A DNA stretch of 61,590 nt, filler included. It is 8 parts of 8 records of this genome, joined end to end, with 100 filler letters (N's around TTAATTAATTAA, not from the genome) between each part and the next. Parts side by side here need not be neighbours in the genome. Positions count along the whole stretch, not along the records: positions 7,880 to 14,268 come from SRR2962707_4409; positions 14,369 to 20,784 come from SRR2962707_4411; 6 more parts are not named here. One strand, given 5' to 3'. Below the pieces are notes generated by a model. It searched no databases. It was not told the origin of the DNA and was given only the letters and a program-made list of their open reading frames with translations. Within the stretch, counting starts at the first letter, position 1. Each line of letters begins with the position of its first letter. The translations under genes and the position numbers were made by a program. Positions 8,120 through 18,865 of the stretch are shown here, piece after piece.

Positions 8120-9790
8120 ATGGACATATTTGTTGTCGCTGTCGCAGCGTTGTTCGTGCTGTTCGTGTGGAAGCTCTTCAACAGATCCTCGACGTCTTTA
8201 CCGCACCGCAAGGACAGCCCCCGCCGTCTTCCTGTTCAGCATCACAAGCAGGCTCACGCAGGAGCGGCTCCAACGAAGAAAGCACTGCCTGTGCAGCGCA
8301 GCGGTGCTTCCAACACCACAAGCAGCACGGTAAAATTTCAGTTGTGCAGTACAAGTCCTTTGCAGGGATACACGTTCGTGAGCGCAACTCCGCTCGGTGA
8401 AGGCGGCTACGGCACGACCCACCTCGTCACGAAGACGTATGGGACGCACAGTGGCCAGCACTATGTGCTGAAACGTATTCCGGTTTCCAACTTGACGGAG
8501 GCCAACGAGGCACTGCACGAAGCGCAGCACTTGCAGCGGCTTCGCCACCCGAATGTTGTCAGAGTGTTCGACGCCTTCTTGCACGCCAACCAGTCCGCAG
8601 TGCTGGAAATTGCAATTGTGATGGAGTACTGTCCGCGGGGTGACATGTACCACGCCATCAAAGAAAGGAACCCAATCACGGAGCGAAAACTGACGGACTG
8701 GTGTGGACAGCTGTGTGCAGCGCTCGCTGCCATTCACGACGCCGATATGATCCATCGTGATGTCAAGCCGGACAATATTTTCATCAGCAGCGATGACACG
8801 CTTCGCCTTGGCGATTTTGGCCTTGCGAAGTACATCCCTCACACAGACGTGCTCTTGTCAGGTGGCGCAGCAAATTTATCGGTGGCAGGAAGCCTGTCGT
8901 ACATGGCACCTGAGCTGGTTGCGGAACAGCCGTATGGGACAAGCGCTGACATATACAGCATGGGCCTGGTTCTGCTGGAGTTGAGCATCGGCGAGATTAT
9001 TGGTGACTCGGAGGCTTTTCAGAAGTTGAAGGGTGGCATTGAAGAAGAAAACAAATTCATTTTACAACATGTGGACCGAATTCCGACAAGATTTGCCACG
9101 CGGAAAGCGCTGGCGGCTGTGATTCGGCTGATGTTGAACATTGACCCATCGCGCAGATCGACGATGCCTGCGATAATCGATCGATATGCCGGGTTGCTGT
9201 GGAGCCACGACTTGGTAACAACGGCCATACAACGCGATAACGATGTCCCGACGTTCGGGCAACGGAGCTTCTCAGTGCCGGCAGACCCAAGATCTCGATC
9301 TCCAACCCCACGATTCAATTTGAGAGGCTCGCAGCAAGCAAAGCAGGCCCAAGGGTCATCAATCCTGCGTCAAGCAGCACAGGCTTCTGGTGCTGCGACC
9401 TCCACTGTTGCCACTGGGACACCCTTCGTGACTGCGATTAGCAACAGAAAAATCTCTCGGCAAGCTGCTCAAACCACCGGTGCAATCACCCGAGCTAAGT
9501 CTAAGATTGCTGCACGTCAAGGCCCGAGGCGAAGCAAGCCAAGCACCGCGGGGCAAGTTGCCCGTCCCCCTCAGCAGGATGGTGCTGTCATCCACGCGAG
9601 CAAGGCTGTCCCAAGTCATTTAATCAAGATTCAAACCGACTGCATGCAGCAGATCGACGAGGAAGATGAGACGGACACAGATGTTGCACCTCCTTCGACG
9701 CGGCCGCGAAAACGACGAAATTCTGCTGTTTCAAAGGGAAAGGCGTCCAAAATTCCGTTATTGAAGAAAACCAGGCGCCCCACCAAATGA
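8120..9790 (+). CDS. Eukaryotic Ser/Thr protein kinase, NEK-like, with N-terminal hydrophobic anchor and basic disordered tail
   Basis: LGEGGYG, YVLKRI, LRHPNVV, VMEYCPRGD, HRDVKPDNIF, DFGLAK and YMAPE in an intronless ORF. Confidence 0.85.
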   Translation: MDIFVVAVAALFVLFVWKLFNRSSTSLPHRKDSPRRLPVQHHKQAHAGAAPTKKALPVQRSGASNTTSSTVKFQLCSTSPLQGYTFVSATPLGEGGYGTTHLVTKTYGTHSGQHYVLKRIPVSNLTEANEALHEAQHLQRLRHPNVVRVFDAFLHANQSAVLEIAIVMEYCPRGDMYHAIKERNPITERKLTDWCGQLCAALAAIHDADMIHRDVKPDNIFISSDDTLRLGDFGLAKYIPHTDVLLSGGAANLSVAGSLSYMAPELVAEQPYGTSADIYSMGLVLLELSIGEIIGDSEAFQKLKGGIEEENKFILQHVDRIPTRFATRKALAAVIRLMLNIDPSRRSTMPAIIDRYAGLLWSHDLVTTAIQRDNDVPTFGQRSFSVPADPRSRSPTPRFNLRGSQQAKQAQGSSILRQAAQASGAATSTVATGTPFVTAISNRKISRQAAQTTGAITRAKSKIAARQGPRRSKPSTAGQVARPPQQDGAVIHASKAVPSHLIKIQTDCMQQIDEEDETDTDVAPPSTRPRKRRNSAVSKGKASKIPLLKKTRRPTK

Positions 9791-10119
9791 CACAAGCGAT
9801 TGCATCTGTAAAGTTATTATTTATTGCGCGCTATCGATACTTCATCGCACACGTGCTGATCCCATCGCCGTGAGAGATATCACAGTCTTCTCACTCAGAT
9901 CAGAGGCTGTTCCATCGCCAGCGGCACTGCCAGCATGGAAATCAATTAGCCGCTGTTCACGAGCCAATTCGAGGACACCAAGCAAGGAGTCAGGGATGTC
10001 TTGATACGCAACCAGTAAGTCACCGAAGAGAATCGATATGGTGCCGTGGCGCCTGTGTTATGAGTGAGAGCAAGGCATCGCGGATCGTTGTCATCGTTGC
10101 AGGTTCACCAACGAGGCTA

Positions 10120-13100
10120 TCAAAATTTCGACAAAACAAGCACAAAAACGCACTGAGTGCCAATGCGCGCGATAACGCCCACGAGCAGGTTGATTTGTGT
10201 TTCAAGCCACTGCTTCGAGAACTTGGCGATCATGTCCATTTGCATGAATCCAGCTTTATTGCTTGCACCATCATTGAGAGGACTGCCTCCGTCACTACCT
10301 GATTCTTCCAACACATCTGAGAGCATGTGCATTTTGGATCCCTTGATGGCAACTGACGTGGGACGGCGCTGATGGACCTTGGCAACCACTTCCCGTGGGT
10401 CAGCTGACTCCATGTGCTGCTTAAACGCACGGCTCATGCGAGCCTGGAACAAGAATCCAGCCAGCATAACCCGGCACTGGTGAGCAAGGTGCTACACGCA
10501 ATGTCGCACACACAGCGCAGCCAGAACGGGGAAGGGGGAGCTGAAGCAGAGCCCAACCAAACAGCTGCTTCGATGCACCTGATTTTTGTCATGCTGTTCC
10601 TGGTCGGCGCCGGCTCTCAGTTCTTCGTACAATTCAGACAACCAGTCAATGACCTACAACCCCCCAGCACAAACACACAAGGATTGGCAGCTGTCAGTAC
10701 ATCGCAGTGGCATGGAAATCGATCGCCGCACCTCGAGCTCGAGAGACAGCTGGTGAATGCGTGAGAAAGGCGCATGCACGCCCACACACAAGGACACGCA
10801 CACACCTCATCCACAGTGGACCGATCATCGGGCTCGTATGTGAGACACTCTTCGACAAGCAACTTGAGCGATTCAGGGCAGCGGCCGATCCCTGCTTCTT
10901 CAGCCTTTGCGGACGCATCATCAACTGCCGAGTGAAACTCATCCATATCGAGCTTGAAGCGGGTTCGAGGACTCCGATTTAAGAAACTTGGGCCAGGGCA
11001 TCGCTTGCACAGCACTTCTGCCATTAACAAACCAAAACTGTACACGTCGGCGCGACAGTCGTATGGCTCTCCGAAAATAACTTCAGGGGCCATGAATTCG
11101 TCCGTGCCACAAATGGTCATTGGAAGGGCGTCGTTGTCAGTGAGCGAGTCGCCATATCGAGCCAAACCGAAGTCACACAGTTTGCAGCGCAGCGATGTGT
11201 CCAATAGAACATTGTCTGGTTTGATATCGCGATGCACGATGCCATTCTCGTGAAGATAGTGCAAGGCATGGGCGATCTCCATAAACACGCCTGTGACGGT
11301 GTCCCAGCGGAGCGTTTGGCCTGCCTTTTCGCGGCCTTGCCACATCTCACGTAAATTTCCCCCGTCCAGAAACTCGGTCACAATTACGACGGCGCCAGCA
11401 ATTGCATTACCATCGTCATCTGCCTGAGCGCTGGGCACGTCTACGGCCTGGAAGGTCGCCCAGCACAACGTGCAATGAAACAGAGCAGGCAATGCCATTG
11501 ACAACCGACCGCACCGACAATCACCTCACCCAAACACATCGTTGCGCGCACGAACCAACGACTCGAATTTGTCAAGCTTGTCGATCGGGCACCAGCATGC
11601 ACCGACATATCGCAGTAAGTGCGGGTGGCGAAGATTTTTGAGTACCGACAACTCAGTGCGCAAATACTTGTCAATATTGACATTGTTGAAAATGGATTGG
11701 GTTTTGGCCGCGACAACAAACCCATCGTACTTGGCCTAGATGCAACACACCCGAAGCGTTGCAAGTGACGCGCTTGGGCACACGTGCTCCATTGCGAGCC
11801 AGGCAGACTTTTCTCAAGTGGCTGATGATACTCAACACAGGGGAGGATGGTCAGCGCGCACCCACCTTGAATACTTTGCCGTAAGATCCTGCACCAACGC
11901 AGCTGAGAGGTTGAACAGCGTCCACGTCGATGAGGAAATCTCCACCTCTGGCTGTGCCTGCCATACATGTGCAATTTGGGCATGCATTGAGACCTTCTGC
12001 ACCCCTCGTCAACGCAATTGCGACCACATGCAAGCGTGCTACACACTCACTTCGGGTGTTGAACCTTTCGAATTCTGGCGGACACCTTTCGGCTGAGCTT
12101 CGGCGGTGCCTACGCTCTTCGTCAACCTCAATGTCCGCTTCGTCAAGCGGCTGAGTTGCATCGTCGTCATCGTCACCGTCCTCTTCGTCGTCCCCTTCGA
12201 TAGACTCAAACTCTTCCTCTTCGTCTTCTACAACTGTCGACGCTGGGGCTGGCGTTTGGTCAGCGACGTTGCCTTGCTCTGGCGAGACCTCATAAGTGGA
12301 AGCTTCCGGCCCTTCCTCGAGAATCTCCCGAGCTTGCGCGTCCATGCGCAGGTGCGCCATGGATCTCGATGGCTTGATGGACTCTTGGCGTTGAAGAAGG
12401 TGCATGGCGCTTTCGCGTTTGATAGCGGCCCGAATGTGGCGAGTGGACGACTGTTCCATTCGTTCAAGCCGGAGCTGCTCGACTTGCATCTGTTTGAACG
12501 TCTCAATGCCGGCAACGGCTGTGACGGACTCGACGGGGTCCATGGACAGCATCTGGATGTCATCGATTAGTTCCATAACTTCCTCTTCGAGGTCGTCGTC
12601 TTCTACTGGATCGTCCGGAACGTCATTCGGTGTGGTTCCCGCGTCCGGCAGCGGTTGACCCACTGAGCCTGCAGCCTCGGGCAGGTTGGTTTGCACAGCA
12701 GGCGACGAGTTTGCATTAGCTGACTCATCTGAAGCAGATTGCCCTTGTCCCGTCAGCAACTCAGAGGGGTCATCGGGAAGAACACGCTGCTTCCGTGTTG
12801 CAACACGGTGGCGAGCTGGGTACATATCCGCAGCGACTGCCTCGGCCGTTTCCACTGCGTTGCTGCCGTTTGGGGCTCCATCGGTCGGCAGACCTTCATC
12901 AATTTTCTCAGACACGCCGTAGCGTAAGCGAATGACCTGCAGCATCTCACGCTCCTTGCCCCTGTACTTGTAGCACAGTTGATCGACGTGCGCGAGTTTG
13001 TCGGGATTCTTCTCCGAGTACACTTTGATAAGCCTGGCGCGAGTGACCGCAGTAATTCTGTCCTGGAGTGAAATCACAGTGTTGCCAGAGGGTCCGGCTG

Positions 13101-14268
13101 CCGTGCTTGCAATACCGGCGTCGACTTCCTCACGTTCCACAATGCGCATGTCATTGTGGAACACTGCAGCGTTGTACTTGATCAGCATGGTCAAGAAGGA
13201 GTTCACGAGTCTGGGGTTGACCACGAGCTCAATCTTGAGTTTTTTCAGGTCTCCAGCGTCCGCGGAAGCCATCAACTTCGCTGGGTCACGGTCGCTTCTC
13301 AGGATCGAGGGGCCAAATGTGTAGGCCAGAACGAACGCGCTGGTACTTCCCCGGGTGTCCTCGAGCAGTCGGCACAGCTTCGCCAGCGTTTCATGCTCCA
13401 ACGCGGGCATGACGTCAAGAAGGCGTCCGATGTTCACAACTTGATCGCGCAAGGAGTGTTCACGCCACCACTTGAACTTGAATAGCACTTTATCATACAT
13501 ATCGCAGGGGATAAGCGGCGACTGACGCTGGCGCAAAAACTTCTTGAGCGCGGCAGCCATGAGGAATGCTTTGTCCGTAGCGGGTTTTCCGGCTTCGTCA
13601 AAAAGGATTTCTTGAAGGGCTTCCGGGTTGGGGTTGCCAAGGGCAGTGACCACGGCTGCGAGGTCGTCAGCGAAGAGGCTCTCGACGTACTGTGCAGAGG
13701 CGCGCGTGTCTGTGAACAAAGCCGGGGTGGAGCGGCAATGCTTGTTGAGGAACGTGATCAAGACAAGAACGCTGTCCAGATTTTCGGTTCCTTCGGAAGC
13801 ATTTCCACCAGACACAGCAGCCAATTCACTGCCAGCACCCAGCTTGTCGGCCCCCCCAGAGGGCGCACTGGAGGCGATTTTGACCTTGGAAGCAGCCGGG
13901 CGAGCACGGCTAATTTTGTTCATCCAGTCGTTGCGTTCCTCGTCCGTGAAGGCGCACAAGTAGATGTTTTCCTTCCCGCCTTGCACCGTGAGGCAGAAAG
14001 CACCCTTCGAACGGAGTGAGGAGTACGCCAAACGTGCCCCGTCCAGAGCGATCAGCTTTTTTGGCTCTGGGTCCGTCTCGACGAGATACATCTTCAGCGT
14101 CCCAGGCTCGAGGATAAAGAAGCGGCGGCGCCATCGTCGCCACCAGACACTACGTTTCAACATGAATCCACGCTTCAGCTCAGTCCGAGGACTGCCGCGA
14201 CGCGAAGAACCGTCAGCTGCTGCTGCTGCTGCAGTTGCCGCTCCTCCTCCTCCTCCTCCTCCTTCTCC
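10120..14268 (-). CDS. Multi-exon PH + RhoGAP-like + TKL (LIMK/TESK-like) protein kinase; 5' end truncated, 3' end approximate
   Basis: PH (WRRRFFIL…EERNDWMNKI) and RhoGAP-like (AAALKKFLRQRQSPLIP…LAYTFGPSILR) domains. The kinase can be rebuilt across GT-AG introns (exons …-11866, 11735-11556, 11447-10806, 10653-…): VGAGSYGKVFK/AKYDGFVVAAK…LRHPHLLRYVG…TEFLDGGNL…HRDIKPDNVL…DFGLAR…ICGTDEFMAPE. Confidence 0.8.
14241..14268. repeat. (CCT)n microsatellite at contig end
   Basis: Directly visible; encodes poly-Gly in the kinase-fusion reading frame. Confidence 0.85.
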
Positions 14269-14370
14269 NNNNNNNNNNNNNNNNNNNNNNNNNNNNNNNN
14301 NNNNNNNNNNNNTTAATTAATTAANNNNNNNNNNNNNNNNNNNNNNNNNNNNNNNNNNNNNNNNNNNNTC

Positions 14371-14694
14371 CAGGAGGAAATCTTCGGCCCGGTGGTGGCG
14401 GTGACCACCTTCAAGGACGAGGCGGAAGCGCTGGCGATCGCCAATGATACCGAGTTCGGTCTCGGTGCCGGGGTCTGGAGCCGGGATATCAACGTGGCGT
14501 TCCGCATGGGCCGCGGTATTCAGGCCGGCCGGGTCTGGACCAACTGCTATCATGCCTATCCGGCCCACGCCGCCTTTGGCGGTTACAAGAAATCCGGTAT
14601 CGGCCGGGAAACCCACAAGATGATCCTGGATCACTACCAACAGACCAAGAACCTTCTGGTCAGCTACGACGTAAACCCGCTTGGCTTCTTCTGA
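14371..14694 (+). CDS. Aldehyde dehydrogenase, AldB/ExaC type (3' fragment)
   Basis: [24 protein letters not shown] and [31 protein letters not shown]…LGFF. Confidence 0.92.
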   Translation, partial: QEEIFGPVVAVTTFKDEAEALAIANDTEFGLGAGVWSRDINVAFRMGRGIQAGRVWTNCYHAYPAHAAFGGYKKSGIGRETHKMILDHYQQTKNLLVSYDVNPLGFF

Positions 14695-14868
14695 AGCCAA
14701 CGGATAAGCCGGCGGAAGGGGGAAGGGATACGTTCTCCCGACCTCTCCGCCGGTGCCGCCGCTTTTCCTGTCCATCCCCCCCTCTACCGTTGCTTGATTG
14801 CGATCAAGGCCCCCGCTTGCACTACACTGGATCATGGGTGTGGTATTCCAATAACAGCGGAGGTTCCC

Positions 14869-15852
14869 ATGCGAGCCATGAGCTTGCGAAAGATCGGCGG
14901 ACCGCTCGAATTGATCGATTGCCCGGCAGCCCGTCCCGGCACCGGCGAGCTGCGCCTTCAGGTCGAAGCCTGCGGTGTCTGCCGCACCGATCTGCACGTG
15001 GTGGACGGCGAGTTGACGGGGGGCAAACTCCCTTTGATTCCCGGCCACGAAATCGTCGGTCGGGTGGTGGAATTGGGGCCGGGCGGCAGCCGGTTTTCTC
15101 TGGGGCAGCGCGTTGGTATTCCCTGGCTTGGACACAGCTGTGGACGATGCCGCTATTGCGAAGCGGGCCAGGAGAATCTTTGTGACACGCCCGGATTCAC
15201 CGGTTACACCCTTGACGGAGGTTACGCCGAACATTGCGTGGCCTCACAGGACTACGCTTTTGCCTTGCCGGAAGAACCCGATCCCGTCAGCCTGGCGCCG
15301 TTGCTGTGTGCCGGCCTGATTGGCTACCGCTCCTATCGAATGGCCGGGGAGGCGCCGCGTTTGGGGCTCTACGGTTTCGGCGCGGCGGCGCACATCCTGA
15401 CCCAGCTTGCTTGCTGGCAGGGACGTGAGATCTACGCGTTTACCCGTCCTGGCGATACCGTCGCTCAGGCGTTCGCGCGGGAAACGGGGGCAGCCTGGGC
15501 CGGTGGATCAGATCAAGCGCCACCGGTGGAACTGGACGCGGCCATTCTTTTCGCTCCGGTGGGCGCTTTGGTGCCCATGGCTTTGCGCGCGGTGCGCAAA
15601 GGCGGTGTGGTGGTCTGTGGCGGCATTCATATGAGCGATATTCCGAGGTTTCCCTACGCTGATTTATGGGGTGAACGAGTGATCCGTTCCGTTGCCAATC
15701 TGACCCGGGAAGATGGCGAGCAGTTTCTGCGCCTTGCCTCGCAGGCGGGTATCGAGGTCGCGACCCGGACCTATCGGCTGGACGAGGCCAACGAGGCGCT
15801 GGACGATCTTCGCGCCGGCCGTCTCACCGGCGCGGCGGTGTTGGTGCCATGA
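14869..15852 (+). CDS. Zinc-binding alcohol dehydrogenase (AdhP-like MDR family)
   Basis: GGAGG RBS before MRAM, catalytic CGVCRTDLH and GHE, structural CGRCRYC…NLC, and GLYGFGAAA. Confidence 0.92.
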   Translation: MRAMSLRKIGGPLELIDCPAARPGTGELRLQVEACGVCRTDLHVVDGELTGGKLPLIPGHEIVGRVVELGPGGSRFSLGQRVGIPWLGHSCGRCRYCEAGQENLCDTPGFTGYTLDGGYAEHCVASQDYAFALPEEPDPVSLAPLLCAGLIGYRSYRMAGEAPRLGLYGFGAAAHILTQLACWQGREIYAFTRPGDTVAQAFARETGAAWAGGSDQAPPVELDAAILFAPVGALVPMALRAVRKGGVVVCGGIHMSDIPRFPYADLWGERVIRSVANLTREDGEQFLRLASQAGIEVATRTYRLDEANEALDDLRAGRLTGAAVLVP

Positions 15853-15975
15853 GCAGGAAGCCGCTGGGCAGCCTGCCTGCAAGCGAGTAGCAACGCCGGA
15901 GGAGCGGAATTGGCAGCAAGCCAGCGCCCACGGCGGCCTTGTAGCTGTCTCCGAAATCATATCCACGGCGCTGAT

Positions 15976-16000
15976 AAAAAAGGCCGCCCCAAGGGCGGCC
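15976..16000 (-). terminator. Rho-independent terminator of the porin gene
   Basis: Minus strand GGCCGCCC-TTG-GGGCGGCC-TTTTTT. Confidence 0.85.
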
Positions 16001-16034
16001 AAATGGCACAGTGGAATGGATCCGCTCAGCGGAT

Positions 16035-17192
16035 CTACCAGGAGAGTGCGGCCCCCACTGCCAGGGTATCGGTGGATTCAATTTCGCCGGCCTGTTTGTC
16101 ATCAATTTCGAAGCGGCTGAAATTACCCAGCAGTTTCAGATTGTCATTGACCGCGTAACTGAGCAGCACGGCTTTGTTTTCGTAGTCAGCTTCACCGCCA
16201 AGAAGATTGCCATCGTCCTCGCTACGGCCGTAGGACAGGGCCAGCCGGAATTTATCGATCTGCTGGCCGATTTGCAGCAGGTACCCCTTGCTGTCGATCT
16301 CCTTCAGGTTGGCTTGCCCCAGGTTGTTGGAGAACAGGGGATGCATACCCTCGGCATTGAAGCCCGAAGCGGTGAGGGAGGTGTCGCCGAGTTTGGCCTG
16401 AACCCCATAGCCCAGCCCCCGCGAGGTCACATCCTCGACACTACCGTCGGTGTTTTCCGAGGTCTGATAGGCGCCATTAACCCAGGCGTACAGTTCAGTG
16501 GCGCCGAGGCTGGTCTGGTAGCTTACTTCCGTTTCGAAACGCGGTGCTGATTGGTAGGCCTTGCCGGCTCCGCCGACTTCGTTGCTGTCATAGGGGTCGA
16601 GAACACCCACGGCGACTTTCAGGGCATGTTGTTGTGGGCTGCGGTAAGTGATCTGCGCGCTGGGGAAAGGGTAGGGATAACCGGTGCCGATATTGCCAAA
16701 GGACACACCGCTACCGTCCATCAGGCCGAGGGTATCGCTGGCCTGGCCGAAACCCGACAACAGTTCGTCGCGGAGAATGTTGGAACGGGCGAACAGACCA
16801 AAGTCCTTACCGATCAACACCTGGCCCCAACCGCCGTCGATGGTGCCATAAAACTGGCGCACATCGATGCCGGTTTCGGTGCCGTTGGTTTCACTGTCGT
16901 TGATGGTGACCCAGAACGAGGAGCGGGCCCCGAGTTTCAGGTCGCCGACCTGGCGGGAAAAATTGAAGCCGATCCAGTTCGGCAAGAATCCCATTTTCAC
17001 CCGGGACTGGCGCCGGTCGAACTGATCACCGGGGCGGTCCACGTCGTTGTGTACGTAGAAGGCATTGATGTAGCCATCGGTGGAAAAAGTGGTCCGATTG
17101 TCATCGTGCAGTTTGATTTCCGCCTGGGCGCCGGCACCGGCAAGGGATGCCAGCAGGGCGCAGGTAAGGGGCAGCCTTTTGTTGTTGTGCAT
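16035..17192 (-). CDS. Gram-negative outer-membrane porin
   Basis: Signal peptide (…AGAQA), amphipathic beta strands and terminal aromatic residue (…VGAALSW). Start at MHNNK, preceded by GGAG. Confidence 0.85.
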   Translation of the reverse strand: MHNNKRLPLTCALLASLAGAGAQAEIKLHDDNRTTFSTDGYINAFYVHNDVDRPGDQFDRRQSRVKMGFLPNWIGFNFSRQVGDLKLGARSSFWVTINDSETNGTETGIDVRQFYGTIDGGWGQVLIGKDFGLFARSNILRDELLSGFGQASDTLGLMDGSGVSFGNIGTGYPYPFPSAQITYRSPQQHALKVAVGVLDPYDSNEVGGAGKAYQSAPRFETEVSYQTSLGATELYAWVNGAYQTSENTDGSVEDVTSRGLGYGVQAKLGDTSLTASGFNAEGMHPLFSNNLGQANLKEIDSKGYLLQIGQQIDKFRLALSYGRSEDDGNLLGGEADYENKAVLLSYAVNDNLKLLGNFSRFEIDDKQAGEIESTDTLAVGAALSW

Positions 17193-17369
17193 GGTTCGCT
17201 CCATGTTTTTTGCGTCGTTCGGAGCGGGCAGTATGGAAAGTGGCGGGCGGCTGCGAATCCCGCTTTGGTCGGGAAGGCGTCTTAAGACCGTGGTGACCTG
17301 ATGGGTGGCACGAAAGTCGTGCGCGGGGGATTGGTTCAGGAACTAGAACGAAGAGAGAAGGGAATAGGC

Positions 17370-17399
17370 AAGGAAAGGCCCGGCGCGTTCGCGCCGGGC
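17370..17399 (-). terminator. Hairpin terminator after the efflux operon
   Basis: GCCCGGCGCG-nn-CGCGCCGGGC followed on the minus strand by CTTTCCTT. Confidence 0.65.
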
Positions 17400-17407
17400 A
17401 AGTACGC

Positions 17408-18865
17408 TCAACCTTGTGTGCCGGAGGTGTCGCTGTCTTCCTGCTCCGGAGCGGTGTTGATCACGGTGGCCTGATCTTCCAGCCAGCCGCCGCCCAGGGC
17501 CCGATACAGAGTGATCTGATTTGCGAGCTTGCTGAGGGTGATCGACACCAGTTCCTGACGGGCGGTAAGCAGACTGCGCTGCGCGTCCAGCACCGCCAGG
17601 TAGTCGTCCGCGCCCAGCTCGTAGCGTTGCTGGGACAGTTCCAGTGAGCGGCGGGTGGCGTCCACCAGGGCCTGCTGGGCGATTTCCTGTTCCAACAGAG
17701 TCTCCCGGGCCACCAGCGCATCCGAGACTTCCTGGAAGGCGGTCTGGATGGTTTGTTCATAGGTGGCGACGCTCTGGTCCCGGCGCACTTCCGCCACGTC
17801 CAGGCTGGCGCGGTTGCGTCCGCCAGTGAAGATTGGCAGGGAAATACTCGGTGAGAACGACCAACTGCGTGAGCCGCTCTCGAACAACCCGTCCAGTTCG
17901 GCACTGCTGGTACCAAAGGTCCCGGTCAGGGAGATGCTCGGGAAGAACGCCGCCCGCGCCGCGCCGATGTTGGCGTTGGCCGCACGCAGCAAGTGCTCCG
18001 CGCGGATGATATCCGGGCGTGCCAGCAGCACGTTGGAGGACAGCCCGGAAGGCACATCCGACAATTCCACCAGCCCGGAGGCCTCCAGATTATCGTTGGG
18101 CAGAGGTGGCAGCGGCGCGCCGACCAGGGTGGCCAGGGCGTTACGGTCCTGGGCGACCAGACGGGCGAAGCGGGCACGATTGGCGCGGGCGGTTTCCAGC
18201 GCGGTCTGCGCCTGACGCAGTTCCAGCTCGGAGCCGACACCCAGGTCGAAACGGCGCTGGGTCAGGTCCAGGGACGACCGATAGGCCTCCATGGTCTCCT
18301 CGCTGATGCGCAGGTTCTCCCGGTCCGCCACCAATGTCAGATAGGCGTTGGCCACTTCCGATACCAGTGTGATATGGGCGCTGCGTTGGGCTTCCTCGCT
18401 GGCCAGATAATTCTGCAGGGCGGCGTCCTTGAGACTGCGCACCCGGCCGAACAGATCCAGCTCGTAGGCGGAGATGCCCACATTGGCGCCGTACTGGCTC
18501 TGCACCTGACTCTCGCCGGTGTTGCTCAGGTCACCGGGCACCCGTTGCCGGGTGCCGGTGCCGTTCAGGCCGATATCGGGAAACAGATCGGCACGCTGAA
18601 TCCGATACTGGGCGCGCAACTCTTCCACATCCAGCATGGCCAGCCGCAGATCCCGGTTGTTGGCCAGGGCGGTCTGGATCAGCTGTTGCAGTTCCGGTTC
18701 GGCGAAGAAATCCCGCCAGCCGGGCAGAGTGACCTGCGTGGCGTCGGCGCCTTCACGGAACTGATCCGGCACCGGGGACGGGGGCTGTTCATAACTGGGC
18801 GCCAGCGTACAGCCACTCAGGGCCAGAGCGACGGCCAACGCCATGGAAGCGGGTTTCAATGTCAT
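17408..18865 (-). CDS. OprM/NodT-family outer-membrane efflux lipoprotein
   Basis: Lipobox [25 protein letters not shown]…[20 protein letters not shown] and LYRALGGGW. Confidence 0.95.
   Translation of the reverse strand: MTLKPASMALAVALALSGCTLAPSYEQPPSPVPDQFREGADATQVTLPGWRDFFAEPELQQLIQTALANNRDLRLAMLDVEELRAQYRIQRADLFPDIGLNGTGTRQRVPGDLSNTGESQVQSQYGANVGISAYELDLFGRVRSLKDAALQNYLASEEAQRSAHITLVSEVANAYLTLVADRENLRISEETMEAYRSSLDLTQRRFDLGVGSELELRQAQTALETARANRARFARLVAQDRNALATLVGAPLPPLPNDNLEASGLVELSDVPSGLSSNVLLARPDIIRAEHLLRAANANIGAARAAFFPSISLTGTFGTSSAELDGLFESGSRSWSFSPSISLPIFTGGRNRASLDVAEVRRDQSVATYEQTIQTAFQEVSDALVARETLLEQEIAQQALVDATRRSLELSQQRYELGADDYLAVLDAQRSLLTARQELVSITLSKLANQITLYRALGGGWLEDQATVINTAPEQEDSDTSGTQG

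Noticed and set aside
7690-14700. Apparent bacteria-to-eukaryote horizontal transfer (bacterial operons next to intron-containing genes)
   Set aside because: Every transition coincides with an artificial spacer, so the adjacency is not evidence.
17306-17322. Sigma-54 promoter (TGGCAC…)
   Set aside because: It lacks the -12 TTGC element and points away from the porin gene.
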